Shown here piece after piece: positions 52,907-64,000 of a stretch of 64,000 nucleotides of DNA; position 1 is the first letter of the stretch, and every line of letters begins with the position of its first letter. The position numbers and the translations under genes are program-made. Origin of the DNA: the human T2T-CHM13v2.0 reference genome, Homo sapiens; assembly GCF_009914755.1 (NCBI RefSeq), contig NC_060944.1; one strand, written 5' to 3'. Below the pieces are notes generated by a model. It had not been told where the DNA came from. It did not search any database and saw only the letters and a list, made by a program, of their open reading frames with translations.

Positions 52907-53472
52907 TTTAAATTAAACCTCTTTTTTTTTTTGAGTGGATGCCAATAGTACCAGAAGTTTACAAGTCAGTAAACTAGCTTAAGATAATGTTAATGAATCT
53001 GTTAGAGAAAATCACATAAATATTAGCTTCTGCTTTAATTATATGCCAACATTTCCTATTATGGCAGTTCTATGCTGTCTTGCATTGTTTTATTACTTGC
53101 CGGATCGCCTATGGTTATTTAAGAGGATCATAAAACTTGGACACCAGGCATGCTTGACATCTAAATAATCTAAGTCCAGCTCATTAAAAGCTGAGATCAA
53201 TAGCTTGGTGAATACTTTACCACAGATTTCTTGCCATTTAGTTCAGGAAAATGTTAGATTTTCAGAGAATGTGATTTTCCCTTCTTGCTGTTAATATGTT
53301 TGAATGAAGTTAAACAGAGCCAGCAGATCCCCACCCCATGCTTTTGACCTCAGTCTTCTCTGGGCCTAAAACACTATTGCCCTGACAGTTGCATGGTTTA
53401 ACTTTTATTTCATTCAGGTCTCTGTTCAAATATCCCCTCATCAGAGCAGCCTTTCATAACCACCCTTCATAG

Positions 53473-53665
53473 CTAGGGCTGACCCATTTAGTAAATAAAA
53501 TATAATATGGCTAGTTAATTTTGGATTTCAGATAAAGAGCACATAATTTTTTAGTAAAAGTATGTCCCATGCAATATTTGGGACACACTTATACCGAACA
53601 ATTATTCGTTGTTTATATGATATTCACATTTAACTGGGTGTCCTTAATTTTATCGAGCTTCCCTA
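53473..53665. mobile_element. MER53 palindromic MITE
   Basis: tagggctg...atttcagataaa...aagtatgtcccatgcaatatttgggacacactta...cccta. Confidence 0.8.
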
Positions 53666-53754
53666 TTGATAATGCCTAGAGCAACCAGACACCATATCAT
53701 ATAATCATCTGCATATTTATTGTATTGGTGGTCTCATCCTGAGAGAGCATGGCC

Positions 53755-54200
53755 GTATTAGTTTTGTAGGGCTGCCACAACAAATTGCCACAAACTTGAT
53801 GACTGAAAAGGGCAGACATTTTGTCACAGTCTGAAGGCCAGAAATCTGAAATCGAGGTGTCAGCAGAGCCTTGTTCTGTCCAAAGACTCTAGAGGAGAAT
53901 CCTTCCTGCCTCCTGCAGCTTCTGGTGGCTCCTGGCATTATTGGATTCTGGCAACAGCCCACCAGTATCTGCTTGAGTCTTCACATGGCCTTTTCCCCTG
54001 TATCTCTGCGTGTCTTTCATCTTTCTACCGCTTATAAAGACAACTGCTATTGTATTTAGGGCCTACTCTAATCCAGAATGATCTCATCTTGAGATCTTTC
54101 ATGTTGTTATATCTATAAAGACCCTTTCTCCAAATAAGGTCGTATTTACAGGTTTTGGGTGGATATGTTTTTTGAGGGAGCAGTATTCAACCCACTGCAG
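53755..54200 (-). mobile_element. MLT1C-like LTR
   Basis: gtattagttttgtagggctgcc...ctctagaggagaatccttcc...attcaacccactgca. Confidence 0.85.
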
Positions 54201-54597
54201 TAGCACATAGGAGTTTGATGAATACGTGTTGAATGAATGAGTTGGAAAGTCAATGGAGGGGGGCATTTTGGGGTTCATTTCTATTCCACAACATCCACTG
54301 GGAATCTATTGTATACTGATGTTAGAAGGATGCTGGGGATACATTTCTGTTTTAAGGTTTCTGAGGGATACCTAGGTGGACATGTTCAAAAGATAGCTAC
54401 GAAATTGAATTTAAAACTATATCATGGGCATCTACAGCATATAGGTGACAGGTGAGGCATCTGAACCTCTGCACAGAGAGATGGGAGAAAGTTCTAGTAA
54501 GTGGGGCTGAGATGGCATTCCAGCAAGCAGTAACCACACAGTAGTAAACAGAGAAGGAGAGACAATGAGCAGAGATAAATTCATGCCCTCATATTCC

Positions 54598-54929
<332 letters not shown>

Positions 54930-55574
54930 TGAGCCCATAGTCTCTGTTGTTGACAGACAGAGAACAGCTCAACAGCCAGGAGCCCCGAGCACAGAAGCCA
55001 AGAGAGAGGGTTTATCAAGAAGTTTTACTTCCTGCTTTGGAAAAATTCTTTTGACGCCTGTTCAGGCTTGAGAAACCCATAATCAAATTTTCTTGCTGCT
55101 TCTTATAAACTGGAAACCAAACAGACATTTCAGGAGCCTAATTACTATAAGAAGACTGTTTCTGAAATCACTGCAAAGTTTTACCAACACAGCCATAGTG
55201 CTAGGGGGAAACACAGCATGAAATGATGTTAGAAAGATATTTCTATAATTTTTGACAAACATTTCCAAATGAATATGAATATCATCCTTTCCAAATTAAC
55301 CACTATGAAAGGCTCATATTTCCGAGGCTGTTACCAGGGACTCAGGGCCTGGGCAGTAGCACAAGGCCCCATTCTCAGAGGGCCCCATATTGAATGCTAT
55401 ATTCTCACTATTTTCCAATTATCAATACCTTTTAAAGAAAGAACTCCATATTGTTATTTTGTACTGGGCCTCACAAATTCTATAGTTGTTCTTATGTCAG
55501 TGTTGAGCTTTTTCAAAATTATTTGGTATTTCTCTTAGGGTATTTTCTTTGGGCAAGGGAATGAGTTTTGTTGA

Positions 55575-55810
55575 ATTGTTAGTATAAAAAATATAAATGT
55601 TGGAATTCGTGGGATTTTACTTCAATGCCATGAGCCCATAGTCTCAAACCTCAGCATTTCTGCCTACTAGCTGTCTCTGTATTTCAGCCTAAGTTTCCTC
55701 ATCTATGAAATGTGACTGATAATGTCTATCTCATGGGGTTGTGGTGAAGATTGAATGTATGTGTGGAAATGTGTAAAGCCCCGTGTCCTTCGGTGCCTGA
55801 CATAGTCGGA
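55575..55810 (+). mobile_element. MIR with a foreign insertion
   Basis: agtttcctcatctatgaaatg...ggggttgtggtgaagattgaat...gtgcctgacatagt. Confidence 0.75.
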
Positions 55811-55889
55811 GTTCCTACATACGTGTTGTCCTTAGATATCTGTTAAGACAGGTCGACCAAATAAAGCCTCCAGTGACATGAACAGCCAA

Positions 55890-55947
55890 CCTTTATTCAG
55901 CAAGCATTTGCTGCACGCCTTTATTCAGCAAGCATTTGCTGCACGCC
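55890..55947. repeat. Perfect 28-bp tandem duplication at an L2 3' end (L2 about 55890-56280, minus)
   Basis: cctttattcagcaagcatttgctgcacg twice. Confidence 0.97.
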
Positions 55948-56519
55948 AGTTGAATAAGCAGGTAAGTCCCTGAACGTAGGGAGCTTTCCTTACAGTGACA
56001 GGGAAAAGACTATAAAACAAGCATGCAAATATATAAACAACAGGATTCCAGGAAATAATAAATGAGAGGGAGGAAAAAGAAACAGCTTAGAAAGGTAGTG
56101 TGGGCCTGGGGTAGGGCTCAGGGGGAGCACCTTTGGATATGAGGTTAGGGAGGACCTCTTTAAGGAGATAATTTTGAAGCAAAGACCTTGTAGGGTGATG
56201 GAAAGAACCAATATATATTATGGAGGGAAGATTTTTCCAGGCCTAGGGAACCAGTGTGAAGGTGTTGACGTAGAAACCAGTTCGGAAAACTTGAGCATCT
56301 CTTTTTCATAATCTTAGCCAGAAAAACTGCAGCAAAACTTGCTCATGCATATAGGGGGTTGACTTAATAAATGTCATCTATGGTCCCTTGCAATGTACCA
56401 TGAACTATGCTGAGGGAAGAGATACAAAAATGAACCCATCATGGTCACATCCAGAGGAGCTGAAATATAATGGAGGAGACAAATGTATATAAATAATTCT
56501 GTAAACAAATAAAGGATGG

Positions 56520-56934
<415 letters not shown>

Positions 56935-57051
56935 CTAGGGTGAGATTGGTGAGATTAACTTTCTCAAGGGTTTGGGGTAAACAAAATGGCTGGAGAAAAA
57001 CCCTTTGAGAATCCTGTCCTCTCAGCATGGTCAAGTGTAATTTAGGAGTGA

Positions 57052-57424
<373 letters not shown>

Positions 57425-58739
57425 TGTTTCTTAAGATAAAGATGAGGTTGGCTCCAGCTCGTCACATGCCCGTTCTGCATTCTGCAGAAAGTTCCTGTGC
57501 TCTCTGCAATAATTCTGTAAAGGAGTTGTCTCCTGTTCCATGTCCACATTTGCACTCAGCTTCTTTCCACAGATGTTGCCAGAGGGCCTGTTATATTGAG
57601 AACCTACATCAGCCAGCATTCTCCAAAGAAAGAGAAGCAATAGGACCAGTAGGATATATTTCTACCACAACCGGTTTTTAGTAGGATGTTTCCCAAATCC
57701 TGGTTTTAATTATTTTTGTGTCTATTTATCCCATCTATTCCTCTATCTCTGTATCTCTATCTATGTTTCTATCATCTATCTCCGTATTTGTAGATTTATG
57801 CATGTATCCATCTATAATTTGTCATTCATCATTTATAATAGAATACCTAGCATTGTTTTCGTGGAATTCAGAAAAGCATATAGTTGTAAAAAGCTGGATA
57901 TTTGCGTTACTGATTTCTATAATTTACATAATAAATTACAACTACAAATATATTTATTTATAAATATACAATATACATTATACATTGATTTATCTTCTTT
58001 ATTTTTTTATGTTTAGTAATCTTATGGCTTTAGATTTTTTTATTAAAAACTTTTGAACAATCCCCAATATTAAATTTTGCATTTTCTTCCTTTTGATGAA
58101 ACAAAGTTGATAAACAAAATGAAAATGCCATTACTTATTGAACCACAAGATAGAAATCTCCACTCCCACAAGATTCTGGAATTGAAGATTTAGTTCAGAG
58201 ATTGTTTGCTCCAATACATTTTTTCTGGAGATGTTATATGTTAATTTTTTAAACTGCAGCTGCGAAACATTTACTGCTCTAAGAAATTAACAGGCTGTTT
58301 ACTTTTAAAATAAGGTGTGACCCCAGTAGTCAGTAAGATTAACAAATGAGTTTGCAGTTATCTTCTCAGAAAATTAACCAGAGTGACAGCATTAACACAC
58401 AGAACCTTACCATTCACAGAGTCGAGACTCATTTTCAATTTCAGAAAACTCATCATTTCCTTGGCCACCACATTTTTTTCCTCTTAAAGTAGCATTTGCC
58501 AAACACAACATTATCTGTATTTATACTTAGGTTAACTGGTAAAGTCTAGTCATCTTGTCTAATGAAACTTGTTTAAGGGGAAATTAAATTATTGAATTGC
58601 AGGTCCCGCATCTCACTCTGATACTGATTGGCATAGTAAGATCGATGTGTAGCAAAAATGTCTTCATCAATTCCTGTATTGACTTTATTATTGTATTATA
58701 TAGTACAAGTTTCTGGTTAATATGTTTTTATAATTTGGG

Positions 58740-59040
58740 ATAACAGGATTTGATTGTTAGGTATAATCAGATATATAATGGCTATATCCAACTGAATTTA
58801 ATGGAGAGATACCATATTTGTAAATGTGAAAACTCAATAATGTTAGGCTGCTCATTCTTCCCCAAATAATCTATTCATTGACATTTTAGTTGGAATGATA
58901 TTGAACAAGATTTTTTCAGTGAACCTAAAACATGTATTATAGAATTCATTTGGAAGAACAAGAAAGGTCCAAAACAACTTTGACAAGGAGAAGAATTTAC
59001 TTTACCTGTTATCAATACTTGTGACAAGATATAGTAATTA
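58740..59040 (+). mobile_element. Old L1M ORF2 fragment
   Basis: aatggagagataccatatttg...ttcttcccaaataatctat...aattcatttggaagaacaa. Confidence 0.6.
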
Positions 59041-60459
59041 AGTAGTTAAGTCAAACAGCTTAATGGTTAAACTTTCCAAAATAGTTCTTGCATCCTATTT
59101 ATGTCTTGGGTGCTGTAAGGAATACAAAGACATATTAGGACTCAAGGGCATGGATAGAGCAGAAAATATTTTGAAGTGGTGGACATTGAAGCACCTGTTA
59201 TATTCTCCCTTATAAATGACATTAGTTCCTGGATGAATAGGACTAACCTAAGCTTATCAAGCTGAAGAGTGATGTTGATACCAATTAGATTTTCTGTGAG
59301 CTGGAAGGGGTAGAGAAAGACCCTATTTCCTCCATTAGCTATAATTCTTAATTTTGAACAAATAAAGGTGTCCTAGGAAAAATCCTTAGACTAGCACTCC
59401 TCTTATCACCATCAATAGAAAATGAGCCTTATTTGGCATTTTAGGATTTTTTTCTCTCCCCTAAAAGGGAGCCCCACCCCAGAAGTACTCCAGGAGTTAA
59501 ACACCCAGCTGTGTTCTTTCCTTCTCTGAGATCAGCAATGGCCCTAACAGGTCTAGCATTTGAATTTAGCTGACAATTGCAGTGATGATGTGTTGAGCAG
59601 AATGCAATCCAGCTTGTTCCTGTGCAGTTTTATAGGCTCTGCAAGTTTTAAAACTTAGAAAAAATGTTTTGTCAGTAAAAGAAGCTGGCACACAGGGAAC
59701 AGTTGATTGTATAATAAGGCATCATTTCCCATGGTCTAATAGCTATAACCTGTTTTAACTATTACACATTATAATATCAATAAAGCTCTGGTCATTTATT
59801 ATCTATTTAAAAAATCTTCTTTCAGTAAAGATGTTCTGAAAAGGTCAGAGCTGCTGTCAGACCCCAGTGATAAAGAACAGGATGGTGCTTTGTAAAATGG
59901 CAGTTCTTGCAGTGTTAAGGACTGTAAACTTTTTAAATTGAATTGTAAAAGTTTATAACTAATAAAGAAACCCTTTTAGGTGATTTTAATGTTATTTGGT
60001 CGTTTAAAATATCCCACAGATGGAAACAGATAGTATAGTAAGGTCATGAAATGGGTGAGTATTCAGCATCATAAAATGCAAACACATTTTCTCCATGTTA
60101 GAGATATAGCAATGTAGTCCCGATAATGCTGTAGGTCATTATCTAGTTTCTACTAAGATCAGTTACATCACATGCCAATATAAACAGAGGAGGGGCTGAG
60201 GCTTCTGTTTTTAGAAAGGGACTTAGAACAGCTAACAGATCTTCTTTGGGTAAAATAAATAAATGTTTCTCATTTTCTCCTTCAAATGACCTTGAGCAGT
60301 TCATCTCTTGGGATGGCTAAGGTATAGTTCACCTTAAATAGGAATGAAAATTTATTATTACCAAAAGGTAATTTTATAAAAGGATCACATTCCAGGAAGA
60401 AAACCATTAGACTGAAAATACCTTGAGGGAAGCTACTCTTGGTCTTTCATTTCAGAGGC

Positions 60460-61790
60460 AGGCATTTTTTCTAGACACTTAGGATCTATCAATGGAACAA
60501 AATAGGAAAAAAATCCATTTTCTTATAGAAATTACATTGAAGTAAGATAAATCAGGCAAAAAAAGCTATATGTAAGTAACTTACTATATTAGTGCATATA
60601 AAATTGTATGTTCAAAAATGAAGAATGTCAAAAGGAAAAGAAAATAAAGCAGGTTAAAAGTGATCAAGAATGCTGAGGTGAAGAGTGTGGTCCCCTAGAA
60701 ATAATCCCTATTATTTTAATGTGTAGCCTACTGATCTTTCTTTTCTTTTTTTACGATGCATACATATACATATATTTTAAACAACAAAAGTCTTGATGAA
60801 TACATGGCATTGTTACTTTCTTTTATTCGATCAGCTGACCATTTTTTGAAAATGTAAATAAATGAACATAATAGTTATGGAGATCCTTATTGAGAAGAGG
60901 GTATTTGGGAAATGACTTGATGGGAGTGAGTAATGGACATGTATATCTGGATGAAGACAGTTCCAGAGAGAAGAAAGGGCTAGTGCAAGGACACCGAGGT
61001 GAGCATGTGCTGGCATATTTGAGGAGTGGGAGAGGCCACTGTGTCTGCAGAGGCCTGAGCAAGTGAGAAGGAAAAGGGGAGGAGAGCAGAGAGGGAATGA
61101 CTGGGTGGTATTGGGTTATTTAGGACAATAAAAGCCACTGTCAGGACCTTGGATTTCACTGTGAGTGAAATGGGATGACTTGGAGGGTTTTAAGTAGACA
61201 AATGACATAACGTGACTTATGACTTAAAAAGAACCTTCTAGAAACTGATTGAAAATACATCATTAGCAGACAAGGGCTGATGCAGAAAGACCAGTTAGGA
61301 AACAATCCTGGAGAAATGAGGGCATTCAGACCAGCGCTGGGTGTTGGAGATGGTGAGAAGTGGTCAGACTCAAGATATGTTTGACCATAGAACCAGCGAG
61401 ATCTTCTGTAGATTATATACAGATTGTAAGAAAAAGGAATCAGGGATGCCTCCCAGGTTTTTGGCCAACTGAAGGGATGAAGCTGCCATTTCCTGAAATG
61501 GGAAGTCTGTAGGAGGAGGTAGTTTGGTTTCCATTTTGGACAAATTGAATTCGAGATGCCTATATGTCATCCAAGTGGAGACGCCAAGTAGGCAGTTGAA
61601 TAATTGGATGAGTCTAGAATTTGGGAGAGAAGTCTGGACTAGAGACATGAAATTGGGAGTTATTAATATATATGATATTTAAAGCTAAATATCATATGAT
61701 CTATGGTATTTAAAGCTAAGAGACTGGATGAGATCACTAAAGGCATGAGTATAGATAGAAAAAGGAAGAGGTCTCTGGATTGACTGTGAC
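60460..61790 (-). mobile_element. L2
   Basis: cagagagaagaaagggctagtgcaagg...catccaagtggagacgccaagtaggcagttgaat...agactggatgagatcac. Confidence 0.85.
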
Positions 61791-62199
61791 TAGTTTTGAC
61801 TAGCTCGATAAAATTTAGTTGAGTCAATGAACAAGATGAATGAGTCATAATAGCAATCAGTGCACTCCTCCACAAAATGATAGTGCAGATAAAAAGCACT
61901 AAATGTGTAATTCATGGAAGTAACAACATGGAGTGATTCCTAATTTGAAATGTGAATTCTTCTAGGTCCAGGATGGAAGTGGGACCCGATAAAGGTCAAT
62001 GTGAATGCAGAAAGTAATTAAGACTGTGCCATATTTGTTTACTCATTCATTTAACAGATAATTTTAAAATGCCTGCTTGGTGCCAGTCACTAATCTTTTA
62101 ATACTGAACATTTAATATTCCCCCCCAACATTAGTTCCTTATTTGTGAGCATCTCGATTTCCATTCAGACATTACTTCTCCAGTTGTGTGCAATCCTTA

Positions 62200-64000
62200 A
62201 ACCAGAAGCTGGGAAGTCTTGGCTACAGTAATCAGACAAAAGAAAGAAATAAAAGGCATTCGAATAGGAAAAGAAAAAGTCAAACTATCCCTCTTCACCA
62301 ATGATATGATTCTATACCTAGAAAACCCTGAAGACTCTGCCAAAAGTCTCATAGAACAGATAAATGAATTCAGTAGTTTCAGCATACAAAATCAATGCAC
62401 AAAAATGCACAATGTTATTATCCATAGCATTTCTATAGATAATAACATTCAAGCTGAGAGCCAAACCAAGAAGACAATCCCATTTACAACAGTCAAAAAA
62501 TAAAATAAAATAAAATAAAATAAAATAAAATAAAATAAGATAAAATACCTAGAAATACATCTAAACCAAGAAGGTGAAAGACCTCTACAAGGAGAACTAC
62601 AGAACACTGCTGAAAGAAATCATAGATGACACAGATAGATGAAAAAACATTCCATGCTTATAGGTTGGAAGAATTTATATTGTTAAAATGGCCATACTAT
62701 CCAAGGCAATCCTATTTAATTTAATGCTATTCCTATCAAACTAGCAACATTATTTAATGCTATTCCTAATGCTATTCCAATACTATCCAAGGCAATCCTA
62801 TTTAATTTAATGCTATTCCTATCAAACTAGCAACATTATTTAATGCTATTCCTATCAAACTAGCAATATTATTTTTCACAGACATTAGAAAATTATTTAG
62901 AATTTATTCTAAAATTCATATAGAACCAGAAAGGAGCCCAAATACCCAAAGCAATCCTAAGCAAAAACAACAACACACCAGAGGCATCGGATTACCTGAC
63001 ATCAAACTATACTATAAGTCTACAGTAACCAAAACAGTATGGTACTGGTACAAAAACATAGATCAATGGAACAGAATAGAGAACTCAGAAATAAAGCCAC
63101 ACACCTACAGCCATCTGATCTTTGACAAATGAAAAAAATAAGCAACAAGGAAAGGACTTCCTATTCAAAAATTGTGCTAGCACAGCTGGCTAGCCATATG
63201 CAGAAGAACAAAACTGGACTCCTACCTTTTACCATATACAAAAATTAACTCAAGATGGATTAAAATTTAAATGTAAAACTTCAAATTATAAGAATCCTGG
63301 AAGGAAACCTAGGAAACACCATTCTGGACATCAACCTTAGGAAAGAACTTATGACTGTCCTCAAAAGTTAATTGCAACAAGAACAAAAATTGACAAGTGG
63401 GATCTAATTAAATTAAAGAGCTTCTGTACAGCAAAACAAGCTATCAACAGAGTAAACAGACAACCTCCAGAATAGGAGAAAGTATTAACAAATTATGCAT
63501 CCAACAAAGGTCTAATATCCAGAATCAATAAGGAACTTAAACAATTAAACAAGCACAAAACAAACAACCCCATTAAAAAGTGGGCAGAAGACATGAACAG
63601 TCACTTCTCAAAAGAAGACACACAAGTGGTCAATTAAAGTATGAAACAATGTTCCACATCACTAATAATCAGAAACATGCAAATCAAAACCACAATGAGA
63701 CACCATCTCACAACAGTCAGAATGTCAATTATTAAAAGTCAAAAAACAGCAGATGCTGATTTGGCTGCAAAGCAAAGGGAAGGGAATGCATACACTGTTG
63801 ATAGGAATGTAAATTAGTTCAGCCACTGTGGAAAGCAGTTTGGAGATTTCTCAAAGAACTTAGAACTACCATTTGACCCGGCAACCCCATTACTGGGTGT
63901 ATATCCAAAAGAAAGTAAATTGTTCTACTGAAAAGACACATGAACTTATATGTTCATTGCAGCACTATTCACGATAGCAAAGACATGGAATCAACCTAGT
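62200..64000 (+). mobile_element. L1PA15-16/L1PB ORF2 (RT to C-terminus), 5'-truncated, disrupted, runs off the window
   Basis: ORF 62219-62503 IRQKKEIKGIRIGKEKVKLSLFTNDMILYLENP matches the L1 RT FADD region (mutated to FTND); (TAAAA)n at 62497-62546. Confidence 0.95.

Noticed and set aside
62219-62503. Functional reverse transcriptase
   Set aside because: Catalytic FADD is mutated to FTND; ORF2 is frameshifted and 5'-truncated

Overview
Human/primate genomic DNA; an AluYa5-lineage element at 57.1 kb points to human. The window is AT-rich, intronic or intergenic, and roughly half transposon-derived. It holds 13 Alu/FLAM copies, L1PA/PB/MA/MB/ME and L2 fragments, many MIRs, more than 15 solo LTRs (MaLR MLT1/MST/THE1, MLT2, MER41B, MER67-like, LTR16-like) and DNA transposons (MER2, MER3, MER5, MER53, MER58A, Tigger3, HSMAR2). 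I found no credible protein-coding gene, RNA gene or CpG-island promoter. The listed ORFs are repeat-derived or chance, apart from decayed HSMAR2 transposase and L1 ORF2 remnants. Subfamily names come from my recall of consensus sequences, not from a RepeatMasker run, and boundaries without TSDs are approximate. I cannot support a new biological system. The most notable observations are: (i) an L1PB insertion with an apparent 3' transduction that has its own ATTAAA and second tail; (ii) at least six short snap-back or templated insertion scars inside old repeats, plus a 31-bp insertion copied from 700 bp away; (iii) a twin-primed L1; (iv) a young AluYa5-like insertion forming a close inverted pair with an AluY; (v) a MER41B LTR with one intact and one broken STAT GAS site; (vi) two phase-compatible candidate exons next to unique, enhancer-like sequence, and a CTCF motif.
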